Source: Candidatus Uhrbacteria bacterium
GTDB lineage: Bacteria; Patescibacteriota; Patescibacteriia; UBA9934
Length of the DNA stretch: 64,000 nucleotides
Assembly: GCA_903827265.1 (NCBI GenBank)
Contig: CAIKHN010000004.1
Span: 104,067 to 168,066, forward strand
Reading direction: 5' to 3'
Positions within the stretch are counted from its first letter, which is position 1, and the number at the start of each line of letters is the position of its first letter. A program made the position numbers and the translations under genes. Shown piece after piece: positions 22,594-32,607 of the stretch. The notes below the pieces were generated by a model that was not told the DNA's origin, searched no databases, and saw only the letters and a program-made list of their open reading frames with translations.

Positions 22594-22713
22594 AACACAC
22601 GACGAATGCGGCTCGAATCTCCCCCGGGAGACTCGAGCCGCTGTTCATATCATTTCGTATATTCAACGAATCCTACATTTCGCTAACATTAGCCAATATA
22701 CTCACTTTTCCAC

Positions 22714-22742
22714 TTGAAAAATAACCATTTTTGTGCTATAGT
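22714..22742 (+). promoter_or_regulatory. sigma70-type promoter with extended -10
   Basis: TTGAAA-17 bp-(TGC)TATAGT. Confidence 0.65.
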
Positions 22743-22801
22743 TATCTGTCCGAGTAACTCAAAACCCCGGCCTTTTGGCCACAACTCTCGAGGTTCCCGC
22801 C

Positions 22802-23434
22802 ATGTTCTTCACCCTCCTGTTCCTCACCGCCTGTTCGGACTACTCCATCACCGCAAACGACGGCACCGGCTACGACATCAGCGAAGCTGAAGCCACGACC
22901 GTTGAAGGTGGTTCCGAGAACACCAATCAGGACGATCCCGAATCCACCGTCGACAGCGGAACCGCAACCGGCTCGACCGAGTGCGTCCCGACCGGCGACG
23001 AGTTCTGCGACGGGATCGACGACGACTGCGACGGCTACGTGGATGAAGGCGACGCGCTCGATGCGCAAACCTGGTTCTACGACGCCGATGGCGACAGCCA
23101 CGGCGGCACCGACAACGTCATTGCCTGTGCCCCTCCCGCCGAGTACGTCGCCTCCAACGACGACTGCGACGACACGAACGTCAAGACCTACCCCGGCGCG
23201 ACGGAATGGTGCGACTTCGAGGACAACGACTGCGACGGCCTCGTCGAGGCCGAGCAGCCGGAATACTCGTGGATGATCTACCACGACGATGACGATGCCG
23301 ACGGATACGGTTCCAAGTTCGGCGATGGTGGATTCGGTTGCTCCGTCTACGGCAACATTCCCGAAGGTCACGCCCGCAGTGGTGACGACTGCGACGACAA
23401 GAACTCGTCCATCTACCCCGGCGCTAGCTGCTAG
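22802..23434 (+). CDS. Lipoprotein with putative metal-binding (MopE-like, Cys/Asp-rich) repeats
   Basis: MFFTLLFLTA-C lipobox; EFCDGIDDDCDGYVDE, DADGDSHG, DDCDDTN..YPGATEWCD.EDNDCDG, DCDDKNSSIYPGA. Confidence 0.85.
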   Translation: MFFTLLFLTACSDYSITANDGTGYDISEAEATTVEGGSENTNQDDPESTVDSGTATGSTECVPTGDEFCDGIDDDCDGYVDEGDALDAQTWFYDADGDSHGGTDNVIACAPPAEYVASNDDCDDTNVKTYPGATEWCDFEDNDCDGLVEAEQPEYSWMIYHDDDDADGYGSKFGDGGFGCSVYGNIPEGHARSGDDCDDKNSSIYPGASC

Positions 23435-23500
23435 CGCCTGTTCCAACCACGGGCCGAGGACATCACTCGGCCGCCCACGGTTCATCAACCGGAGTTCCGC

Positions 23501-24166
23501 ATGTTCTTCCTCGTCCTCTCCCTCCTCGCCTGCTCTGACTACAACCTCGCCCCCGAAGTCACCGAGGAGGCCGACACCAGCCAGAGCGTCGACGACGACT
23601 CCTGCCAGCAAGACCACTCGGCGTACGTCGACGTGGAGATCAGCTCGCTCGGCGAAAACGCGTGGTCGGTCGGCTGGAACACTGTCGCGGCATTCACCCT
23701 GTCGACCGACAGGAACACGTGCTTCGACCAGACCTTCGAGATCGAGTTCACGGCGACCGACGTCGCCGAGACCGACTGGAACAACTGCGAGAACTACGTC
23801 GACCAGGACCGTCTGCGGATCTTCCGCAGTGTCGGCAACATCGGCGACACGAGCCTCCTCCAGGAGCTCGACGCGGACTGGGAATTCCAGGGCGCGACGG
23901 GATCCAACGAGGCGTACGTCCACACGTGCGACCCCGGACGGTTCATCGTCTTCGCGATGCCGACCTTCGCCAGCGAAGAGACGTCGCTCCTGCCCGACGA
24001 GCCCGTCACCTTCGTCATCATGATGGAGGCCGACGGGAGCACCGATCCGGAAGACCGCATGAGGATCGATCTCTGGTGGGACGACTCTGGTTACGTCCAC
24101 CGCAACACCGGAAACGGACACGGACGCGAAGGCGCCCCGCTCCCGTTCACGGACTCGAACGAGTAA
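23501..24166 (+). CDS. Acidic lipoprotein, hypothetical
   Basis: MFFLVLSLLA-C-SDY, matching the N-terminus of the upstream gene; GGAG SD; hairpin GCGACCCGG...CCGGGTCGC at ~24176-24206. Confidence 0.75.
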   Translation: MFFLVLSLLACSDYNLAPEVTEEADTSQSVDDDSCQQDHSAYVDVEISSLGENAWSVGWNTVAAFTLSTDRNTCFDQTFEIEFTATDVAETDWNNCENYVDQDRLRIFRSVGNIGDTSLLQELDADWEFQGATGSNEAYVHTCDPGRFIVFAMPTFASEETSLLPDEPVTFVIMMEADGSTDPEDRMRIDLWWDDSGYVHRNTGNGHGREGAPLPFTDSNE

Positions 24167-24211
24167 CAACGACAGCGACCCGGCCTCTACGGAGGACCGG
24201 GTCGCGATTCG

Positions 24212-26554
24212 TTATGGAGTGGTTGGAGCGTCGGGAAGTGTTGGCGACGCTTCGGTTGGAAGTGGGTCAGGGATAGCTTCTGCGGCTTTCTTTCCTGCTT
24301 TGAGTTCATCAATCTTTTTCTGCACCGTTTCATTGGCTGGATCAAGCTTCACGATAGTTTGGAGTTCAATGATTGCGCCATCGATGTCCTTCGCTTCCTC
24401 AAGAACCGATGCGAGATACCAATGCGCGTTGGCGAAGTTTGGCGAGATCGCAATAATGCGTTCAAGTTCTTTTTTTGCAACGTCATTCTTTCCTTGTCGC
24501 AAATATAAGAGCGCAAGCTGCAAACCAACACCGACGTCGTTTGGCGCCGATGTCCGAACCGCTTCCATACTCGTTACCGCTTCCGCGAGCTTGCCTTGTC
24601 GCTCCTGGACGAACGCGAGGTAATATCGCGCCTCGGCGTAATCTGATTTCAAATTGATCGCTTTCAACAATGCATCGTTCGCGCTTTGCAAAGCCGCATC
24701 CTGTGCGGTTTTTGCTTTTGCCGCAGCCTCAGCATCACTCCCCTTCACCATTGGTGCAAGCGTGTCGGCAAGTGCCAAATATCCGCGAGCAGAGTCGACG
24801 CGATACTTTGGATTGTTCGGCGCAAGAACAATCGCTTCGTCGTATGACGAGATCGCAAACGATGGTGCATCGGTAATGAGTGGGGACACTTCGCGATAAA
24901 TATCGCCTCGAAGTTCCCAGTTGGTTACGTTCGTTGGGCCAAGCTCTGTCGCACGAACTCCAGCATTCACTGCAGCACCAATAAATGATTTCACGACTTC
25001 TGGATCGGCGTGCGCATCTTGCGCAACAAGAATGACTTTATGCAGCAACGCGCTGCCAAGATTCCGGTAATACACATCGCTCCATCGGTTCGCCGTTGCT
25101 GCAGCATCGAGTGCCGCAAGAACGTCGTCGATATTTCCGCCTTGTTGATCGAGTGTCACCGCTCGTGCGAATGCAACTTCGGCTCGATATCGAGCAACTG
25201 TTGCAAATGAAACCGTTAAAACAAACACCGCGCACAGCACAAAGGCAAACGCTGCACCAAACCCGACACGAGGCGACCGGTCAAACTCAAGGGAAGTTTC
25301 CTGATGCAGCCCAAATCGAAGCACTAGCGCGGTGAGCACCCAAAGTATAGTTGTCAGTGTGAAATTTTGCGGATACACCAAGAGCGCGCCCACGAGTACG
25401 GCCCATCCAGCAAGAACCGGGAGCATTTCCGGAGACACACGACGACGGTATGCCTGCAGCGCTCGAAATCCAATCATGAATAACCCAATACACAATGCAA
25501 GCGTTCCAAAAAGTCCAAGAGTTGGGAGCATCGTGAGAACCGCTGATGACCCTCTATCAAACCGCGTGTCCCAAAAGGCAGACATGTTTATATCCGTCGA
25601 ATGATACTGCGTGAACACCATCGAAAATGTTCCCGGCCCTGTGCCCAATGCCCATGCGCCGTCCTTCCACGCCGACATAACCATCGTTAAGGAACTTTCC
25701 GTACTGAGTCCTACTTCCGCAGGAAATGGACTTGTAACGACACTCGGTAGAGCCAAAAACGCAAGCGAAGTCACGCAGAGAAGCATTGGGAGAATGAATC
25801 GCGCCGGACGTAAAAGGAGTTCCGCTCGAATCGCTGCAATACCAAAAAGTACAACACATCCGTAAATCAAAAGCCCCCAGAGAACGCCGTAATCGACAGC
25901 AACAAGCGCAACGATCGCTGTAGCCGAGGTGATGACCGTCGCAATGCTCGTGAGCAATCGCTCTGATCGCTCATGCGGCGCCGAACCCGAAGCAATAATC
26001 ACTCCGCATCCAAGGATCGACATTGCAACCAAGTACACAATAAGTGCGTTTGGCGTCCCAAGAAGATTCGTTGGCAACCGTCCAAAGGTAATGCCAAAAA
26101 ATGCAGAAACCGCACATAATCCGGCAATGGAAGATCCTATTAACGAAGCAACGAGGATTCTCCGCTGTGCGCTGTGATCAAGAACATGCGCGCCAACACA
26201 CGCCATACCGAGCATCAGCGCTAGTGTGACGGCGCTCGTATATTCCTGATTCGTCTGACCAAACAAACCAAGATACGGTTCGTGCGAAAATCCAGCAGAT
26301 GCCGCAACAATAAAAACAAATGCCAACAGTGGAACCCACACGACATCGGCACGAAGCGAAAGACGCCTCGCGTAAAGCGCTTCAGCAAGCCATGCAATAC
26401 ACATGATCGCAGCAACAGCGAAAAAGAACGTTTGCTTGTTCACATCAAGCGCATCAACGGTCCATGGAAGCGCAAGAATTGGCGTGAAGAGAACAAGTGC
26501 CTCAAAGCAATGCCGAACTGTTGTTCGGAGTGCGCGGGCTGCATCAAAAACCAT
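24212..26554 (-). CDS. Polytopic membrane protein (O-antigen ligase/Wzy_C-like) with C-terminal TPR repeats
   Basis: About 12 TMs, LGTGPGTF motif, TPRs (YAEARYYLA, FANAHWYLA). Confidence 0.8.
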   Translation of the reverse strand: MVFDAARALRTTVRHCFEALVLFTPILALPWTVDALDVNKQTFFFAVAAIMCIAWLAEALYARRLSLRADVVWVPLLAFVFIVAASAGFSHEPYLGLFGQTNQEYTSAVTLALMLGMACVGAHVLDHSAQRRILVASLIGSSIAGLCAVSAFFGITFGRLPTNLLGTPNALIVYLVAMSILGCGVIIASGSAPHERSERLLTSIATVITSATAIVALVAVDYGVLWGLLIYGCVVLFGIAAIRAELLLRPARFILPMLLCVTSLAFLALPSVVTSPFPAEVGLSTESSLTMVMSAWKDGAWALGTGPGTFSMVFTQYHSTDINMSAFWDTRFDRGSSAVLTMLPTLGLFGTLALCIGLFMIGFRALQAYRRRVSPEMLPVLAGWAVLVGALLVYPQNFTLTTILWVLTALVLRFGLHQETSLEFDRSPRVGFGAAFAFVLCAVFVLTVSFATVARYRAEVAFARAVTLDQQGGNIDDVLAALDAAATANRWSDVYYRNLGSALLHKVILVAQDAHADPEVVKSFIGAAVNAGVRATELGPTNVTNWELRGDIYREVSPLITDAPSFAISSYDEAIVLAPNNPKYRVDSARGYLALADTLAPMVKGSDAEAAAKAKTAQDAALQSANDALLKAINLKSDYAEARYYLAFVQERQGKLAEAVTSMEAVRTSAPNDVGVGLQLALLYLRQGKNDVAKKELERIIAISPNFANAHWYLASVLEEAKDIDGAIIELQTIVKLDPANETVQKKIDELKAGKKAAEAIPDPLPTEASPTLPDAPTTP

Positions 26555-26563
26555 AAAGAAGTG

Positions 26564-29500
26564 TTACGGCGTTTCTGGCGCCGGTACTGAGTCTGACGGA
26601 ACTGAATCTGGTGTTTCGACCGGTGTATCGACACTTGGCGCAACGTCAGGAACCGAAACGCCGTCAGAAACAACGGTATCAGATTCCACTATTGGGGAAA
26701 TTGGAACATCCACAGGAGCAGAATCTGCTGGCGCCACGGCTGGCTCTTCGAGTACCGGTTCGCTCGATGGTGTAATTGGCGCTGGAGTCGAGGAAGTTTC
26801 AGGTGCTCTTGTTGGCGCAAAGTCACGACGTGATGCAATCACAAGCCAGTCGACGGAAACACCGCTTGATGCCGCACCAGATTCCACGATTGAGAATCCA
26901 TCAGCCGTTCGGTTTGTGACGTACAACGCTCCGGTCGCACCATACGGCGTTACAAGTGCTCGATATGATGGGGTTGTATCAATGATTCCCGTAAATGATG
27001 GATCGATGTCGGCAAAATGAACATCCGCTCGACCATTCACCAAATTCACCATTCCAGAAAGCTGTACGGTCATCTGGCGCGATGCTGCTGCGTATGTTTC
27101 GACGTCAGTTCCCTGTGAGGACCTCACCAACTGAACCAATCGACCAGACGTTACAATGTCTCCATCGCTTTCTAATTTCCACGTGCCGTTCGCGCTCGTC
27201 ATCGATCCTACTGCAAGCAACTGGCCACCATTAAAGTTGAGTGTTCCCGATGTATCGAAATGCTCAATGTCTTGCGCAAGTTGTGAGACAGCATTTTTCG
27301 CGGCTGGGCCTTTTGTCACCGGCGCGCCACTGTAATATGAAACATTCACATACACCACGACGCTTCCCATGGAACCCGTAAACTCTTCAGCAGCATATCC
27401 AAGAATCGGTCCTGGCTCAGTTGCTTTCATTGCGTATCCTGGATGCGTAGAAGTTGTGAGCGGATCGCCAATATGAATTGCACCATTCTCTGTTGAAACC
27501 AGCGTAGGAACGCGACCAGCAAGCGCAATTGGGAAATTACCTACACGATTCTCTCCCGCCAAAAATCCTGGACGCGTTGAAACGATACCCGCGATTGTTC
27601 GGCTGTATGGTTCAGAGGACGATCGTTTCACCTGTTGGCTTGCGTCACCAAAAATCACAACCTCGCCTGGCATCAATGTGTCAGGAGATGGGAACATTTC
27701 TGCAAAATCGTACGAACCGGTTGCCCAGCCAGAAGCATTTGTTCGCATGAAATCACCGCCGGAACCAGCTGAACCATCGTAATAAATGTACTTCGTTGTC
27801 TGCGACGCGCCACGATCCGATGGGTAGAGCCTGCCAGCAATCGCGAGATCTCCACTTTGATTCACGGACGCAACTTCAGTTCCGGTTGTATTTGCTACCG
27901 AGAGACGATAGTCGTTCACCGCGTTCACTGTTGTTTTTACCGACATCATGACCGATTGTGCCGAACTCCCCGACCACGCCGAGCCTCGAAGGGAAAGCGT
28001 TCCAGAATCAACCACCGTCGACGACGCTGTTGCCGCAGTTGTTGCAGCAATTGCTAAGCTTCCGCCAACCTGCGTTGCACCACCAGACGCCGTGAGAACA
28101 TCGCCCCCATACCATTGTGGCTGAACCAAAACACGAATCGTTCCCGTTCCTGACGAAAGGGGCTCGAGTGCAAAACCAATAATTCGGACTGGGCCATGTG
28201 CTTTTGCGCCATAACCCACCATTATCATACTTGTCGTAATTGCATCACCAATCGCGATTGATCCTTCGCCGGCATTCACGAGCGTATCAATCTGACCAAC
28301 CATACCGACCTTCCGATAGTTTGTATCGCCATCAAGATTATCTGACGCTCCTCGGAAGTTATTTCCAATAAATGCAGCATTCGTTGAAATCACTCCCATA
28401 ATTGATGCCGTGTCACCAGCAGAACAACGGCGCACTCCTTCGGCATAACCCGGATCCTGACAAACTACCTGATAATCGGTTAATGCAGCATCACGCGTTT
28501 TAAAGAATTCAGCGTAGTCTGCACCGGAGTTGTACGTTGCGCCATCACCAAAAACATCACCATTGCTCTGAATGCGGAATTCGGTGTCAGGAGTGCCGTC
28601 GACATCTGAACGAATAATCATCAGGTCATCATTGTTCGGCGAATCGTTCGTATCAATAACGAATGCGTTATTCCCTGTGGCGTTCGCGGAGTGTGCGCTG
28701 AGAGAGTTTTGTAGAATGCGAAGCGCAATACTATTCCCTCCACCCTGGTTTGTGATTCCTACACTCGTAGCGTCAGATGTTGCGCTCGTATTCAACTGAT
28801 CAATCCTTAAGAGCGTTCCGTCGAAATCCGCTCCACCCGCACCTCGCGAAATGGTTAGCCCGTTTCCAGACGTCAAACTATTTCCAACAATCGTCGCGAC
28901 ATCAGCGTTAGTGACCGCTGACACAAACTGGAACTGGTCAGTACCAAGAAGATCGCCGAAATATGCTCCACCGTGAGTTTCGACATCGCCCGAAACATAC
29001 AACTCACCCGCCGATGTAGCGTATGACGTTGCATCTGGCGTGCTGTCGCCATCAATTTGCACTTGTGCGCCTGTAAAATACCCAGCGTAATTTGTCGATC
29101 CACCAGATGCTTCGCCATACACACCGTATCGGTTTGTTCCTGCTGCAGTTGCAAGGAATCGCCCGGCGTATCCTGTAGTAACCGTTCCACCACTTGTTGC
29201 AATTTCACCAATAATTGCGCTTCCGCTGGTAATTGTTCCTGCGCTTGCCGACAGCACGCCGTGAATGCCGTATCCCGTTGCAATCGTCGCGACTCCAGAT
29301 TGAACAAATTCTGACTCTGTTGCCGAAAGGTATCCTGATCCCTGAATTAAGCTCGCATTTGTTGATCCATTCGTAAGGCGAGTTCGTGTACCAAATCCTT
29401 TGGTGACCGTTGTTGTTCCGCCGTTAATGGTTAGGACATCATTTCCTGCCGAAACAAAATGGTCTGTTCCTGTGACGTTTTCTATACCGGAATAGGATAC

Positions 29501-30547
29501 CGTCGAGCCCATGCCATACATTTCAATAGTCCCAAGGCTCGCGCCACTCGTTCCAGAGAACGTTGAGTTCTCCTGAACCTCGGTCGTTGTTCCGCTCGCA
29601 GTTGACGGCATCGTCCCAAGACCTGTCATTGTAACGTTTCCTCCACTGAAATTAAAAACGTCTGCGTCCGAATAACTCAGCGACCCCGAATGTGATGCAT
29701 CTGATGCATAAAAGGTAAGTGTTGGGTCATTTGTATCATTTGCACCATCACCAATACGAACCGTATTCAGACTTTCATCAACAGAAAATGGCGCCACAAG
29801 AGAAGACCCACCCACCATCAAGTCCCCAATGATCGACGTATCACCCTCGCTATCAATCGTAAATCGAGGAGATCCGGTTATCGCAACACCAAAAAGCACT
29901 TCGTTCGCCGCAACGACGCCACTGTCAGGATTAATGTATAACGATCCTTGGCTAACGCCCGTTCCTTGAGGAGAACCAGTAATAACTAAATTTCCGTTCG
30001 AATCAGTAACGGGAATGAGTGAAGACGTTCCTCCGGTTGTCGTTGTGTTATAGCCATCAACAGTATCGGAATTCATCGCATACGGAGCTGCAAGCATCGG
30101 CTTACGCGGAGTGAGTGTTTCGCCGTTCACGATAACTTCGAGATACACCGTTGCGTTATTCGCAAATACCGTCGCGGCGATAGCGGAATACGCTGGCGTC
30201 GCTGCGGTATCTCCAAGCGCTTCTGAGAAAAGACCCGATGTCAACGAGACCGTTCGTGCAACTACCGATGCGCATGTGGGAGAGTTATTCGACCACAAAC
30301 ATGTTCCGGCGCTTGAGGCGTCATACAAGGCAAAAGAAACCGACGCAGTCGTATCCGAAACCGGAACACCGTTACTGTTTAACAAACGACCTTGATACAT
30401 GATGATTCTTGGAGGCGTTGCCGCGGCTCGCGCTTGCAAAAGACCAAAAGAACCTAGGCCTACTACAACAGACAGAAACACAAAACACGCAAAGAAACGC
30501 TTTGCGAGTGAAATGAAGGAATTGGACGGGCAAGTTCCCCTCCTCAT
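26564..30547 (-). CDS. Large secreted tail-fibre/adhesin-like protein with two chaperone-like (Peptidase G2/IMC-like) modules
   Basis: Signal peptide; YQGRLLNSNG N-domain; G/S/T-rich beta repeats; GADYAEFF...GVIST...GQI...IAIGDAITTS and YDFAEMF...GIVST.PG...GRVP...GDPLTTS. Confidence 0.7.
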   Translation of the reverse strand: MRRGTCPSNSFISLAKRFFACFVFLSVVVGLGSFGLLQARAAATPPRIIMYQGRLLNSNGVPVSDTTASVSFALYDASSAGTCLWSNNSPTCASVVARTVSLTSGLFSEALGDTAATPAYSAIAATVFANNATVYLEVIVNGETLTPRKPMLAAPYAMNSDTVDGYNTTTTGGTSSLIPVTDSNGNLVITGSPQGTGVSQGSLYINPDSGVVAANEVLFGVAITGSPRFTIDSEGDTSIIGDLMVGGSSLVAPFSVDESLNTVRIGDGANDTNDPTLTFYASDASHSGSLSYSDADVFNFSGGNVTMTGLGTMPSTASGTTTEVQENSTFSGTSGASLGTIEMYGMGSTVSYSGIENVTGTDHFVSAGNDVLTINGGTTTVTKGFGTRTRLTNGSTNASLIQGSGYLSATESEFVQSGVATIATGYGIHGVLSASAGTITSGSAIIGEIATSGGTVTTGYAGRFLATAAGTNRYGVYGEASGGSTNYAGYFTGAQVQIDGDSTPDATSYATSAGELYVSGDVETHGGAYFGDLLGTDQFQFVSAVTNADVATIVGNSLTSGNGLTISRGAGGADFDGTLLRIDQLNTSATSDATSVGITNQGGGNSIALRILQNSLSAHSANATGNNAFVIDTNDSPNNDDLMIIRSDVDGTPDTEFRIQSNGDVFGDGATYNSGADYAEFFKTRDAALTDYQVVCQDPGYAEGVRRCSAGDTASIMGVISTNAAFIGNNFRGASDNLDGDTNYRKVGMVGQIDTLVNAGEGSIAIGDAITTSMIMVGYGAKAHGPVRIIGFALEPLSSGTGTIRVLVQPQWYGGDVLTASGGATQVGGSLAIAATTAATASSTVVDSGTLSLRGSAWSGSSAQSVMMSVKTTVNAVNDYRLSVANTTGTEVASVNQSGDLAIAGRLYPSDRGASQTTKYIYYDGSAGSGGDFMRTNASGWATGSYDFAEMFPSPDTLMPGEVVIFGDASQQVKRSSSEPYSRTIAGIVSTRPGFLAGENRVGNFPIALAGRVPTLVSTENGAIHIGDPLTTSTHPGYAMKATEPGPILGYAAEEFTGSMGSVVVYVNVSYYSGAPVTKGPAAKNAVSQLAQDIEHFDTSGTLNFNGGQLLAVGSMTSANGTWKLESDGDIVTSGRLVQLVRSSQGTDVETYAAASRQMTVQLSGMVNLVNGRADVHFADIDPSFTGIIDTTPSYRALVTPYGATGALYVTNRTADGFSIVESGAASSGVSVDWLVIASRRDFAPTRAPETSSTPAPITPSSEPVLEEPAVAPADSAPVDVPISPIVESDTVVSDGVSVPDVAPSVDTPVETPDSVPSDSVPAPETP

Positions 30548-32607
30548 ACTGGCCTTGATGGCGTCAACGGAACGTCGATAGCAATTGCATCGGGTTCTGT
30601 TTTCTGCCGGTAGTCGATTGGACGCACGATGTGCTCGTCGTATCCGTCTTTGTCCGCTCGAACAAAGTATTCATTCGGGCCGACAAGGAAGCTGTATCGT
30701 CCGAGCGTATCAGAGAGCGTTGTCTCGACGAGCTTATTATACTTCGGTTCGAACAATCGAACGACGGCATTGCCCACAGGACGACGACTCGATGCATCAA
30801 AAATAATTCCCCAGCCACGCGGCTTCTTCGGCTGCGCGAGTCTCCAGAAAAAGAGGAACACAATACACTGGAGTATCGCTAAAAACATCGTAAAAATTGA
30901 TGGCGACAAAAACCACACCACAAACGACACGCCAACACCGGAAAGCGACAGCGCAAATTGGAGCTTTTGCAAGAATTTCTTACGTAAAATTCCAGCTTGC
31001 GTGTGCTGCGCGCCAGATTCTGCAGGATCGAGAGGAATATTCGCCGCAATCGTGGCATCGTTTTGAGAAACATCAATCGGTTGTCCGGAATACACATCAA
31101 GATAGACGCCGTCATCTTTCGTATCCTGCAAATACACACTTGGAAACGTAAAACCATTTTTAGTGACCGTCATTCGATACTGACCGGGGTTCGCTATGAA
31201 GAAATACGTTCCACGCGCATCAGTAACCATTGAGCGGACCAGTCGGTTCGTTGTAACGTCGTATAAACGAACCGTTGCGAGGTCGACAGCGACTTTTGTT
31301 ATTGCGTTGTACACAATGCCGAATGCTTTTCGCTTCCGCCGGGCAAAAATAAGCAGCGGTGATGTCACAAGGAACTGCAAGTATGACAACAAATTGAACG
31401 ACGAGGCGAGCACAACCGCAGTCGTCGCCGCAGCAACCGTCGCAACAGGAATCGCGACATTCACCGCCTGATGAACCTCAGGAAGCGCGCGAATTTCTTC
31501 GATGGCCGCTGAAACATTCGCGACAGCCTGCGTGAATGTCGACGTCGACTGCGCGGTTGGCGTCGATGCATTTTCAGACGGCGACGCAGGAGTGCTTACT
31601 GGCGCCGACGGCGTCGAAGGAACCGATGGCGCTTCGGAAGGCAGCTCTGGAAGTGCCGGCGTCCCTTCCTCTGTTGGAACACTAATGGCTCCAGAATCGA
31701 CCGATGATCCTGTATCACTTGATGTTGGAACACTTCCGCCGGAACCTGAAGAAGGAGCGGGAGATCCACCGCTCGTTGTCCCAGAGCCTGTTCCTGAACT
31801 CGTTCCAGTGCCGCTACTCGTCGGCGCTTCCGTCGTACCACCGGATGGCTCAGTGTCTGTCGGGGCTGTTGGAGTCTCTACTGGTGTCGTTGGCTCTGTT
31901 GGGGTTATTGGCTCTGTCGGTGTCGTCGGTTCAACGGGCGCTGTCGGCTCCGTTGGAGTAGTTGGTTCTGTCGGTTCGGCTGGCGACGTTCCACCGGAAC
32001 TCCCGCCGCCACCTCCTCCACCACCTCCGCCGCCGCCAGAAGAAGACGGAACTGATGCAGTAACTGAAGCACCACCGTTTGTTGATGTTGCAAGAATAAC
32101 CGATCCAGCGTTTCCGCTCGTTCCCGTAACATTCACAAACCATGAACCAGCGGTTAATGGATTCGTTATGCGCTGTGTGCCAGAACCAAATGCCGACGCG
32201 TTTGTACCAACTTCAACTGCAACAACACTACCGATTGCGATATTTCCGCCGTCCCCAGAACACATCGTTATCGCAATAGTCTGACCAGATATACCGACCG
32301 AAGCCGTATCTGTACCCGAACAATCTGGTGCAGTCTGAACATCGATACCGTCATCAGCGATGTCGATATCATCTTCCGTCAGCGAGGTTAAAACAAAACC
32401 TGTCGGAAAAACGAATTGTATGGTTTCGCCATCAACAAATGCGTCGGCAAGCGTTAGTAAAAAAAGATGGTTTGATCCAACAGCAACTTGCGTGGTCGAA
32501 ATCTGATCTACAACATCAGTAAATGTCGCCGCATGAAGCGCGTACGGAAAAACAGCCGTCAACGCAGCGAAAATTCCAATAATACTCTTTCGAAAAATCA
32601 GTCTCAT
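30544..32607 (-). CDS. Surface/membrane protein with poly-Gly and PTEPT linker and two carboxypeptidase-regulatory-like Ig domains
   Basis: Signal peptide, G11 run, (PTEPTT)n, TMs, TDARGTYFF and SDTLGRYSF; ATGA overlaps with both neighbours. Confidence 0.75.
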   Translation of the reverse strand: MRLIFRKSIIGIFAALTAVFPYALHAATFTDVVDQISTTQVAVGSNHLFLLTLADAFVDGETIQFVFPTGFVLTSLTEDDIDIADDGIDVQTAPDCSGTDTASVGISGQTIAITMCSGDGGNIAIGSVVAVEVGTNASAFGSGTQRITNPLTAGSWFVNVTGTSGNAGSVILATSTNGGASVTASVPSSSGGGGGGGGGGGGSSGGTSPAEPTEPTTPTEPTAPVEPTTPTEPITPTEPTTPVETPTAPTDTEPSGGTTEAPTSSGTGTSSGTGSGTTSGGSPAPSSGSGGSVPTSSDTGSSVDSGAISVPTEEGTPALPELPSEAPSVPSTPSAPVSTPASPSENASTPTAQSTSTFTQAVANVSAAIEEIRALPEVHQAVNVAIPVATVAAATTAVVLASSFNLLSYLQFLVTSPLLIFARRKRKAFGIVYNAITKVAVDLATVRLYDVTTNRLVRSMVTDARGTYFFIANPGQYRMTVTKNGFTFPSVYLQDTKDDGVYLDVYSGQPIDVSQNDATIAANIPLDPAESGAQHTQAGILRKKFLQKLQFALSLSGVGVSFVVWFLSPSIFTMFLAILQCIVFLFFWRLAQPKKPRGWGIIFDASSRRPVGNAVVRLFEPKYNKLVETTLSDTLGRYSFLVGPNEYFVRADKDGYDEHIVRPIDYRQKTEPDAIAIDVPLTPSRPV

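Noticed and set aside
21469-24276. Long antisense or alternate-frame ORFs (21469-22581, 22742-24169, 23289-24023; likewise 40469-41506)
   Set aside because: These are shadow ORFs caused by high GC3 on the coding strand. The chosen frames have SD, signal peptides and recognisable motifs or codon bias.
31850-32040. PTEPTT and poly-Gly repeats as a diversity-generating or phase-variable locus
   Set aside because: The codons are degenerate, as in an ordinary low-complexity linker, and no reverse transcriptase or template/variable repeat pair was seen.
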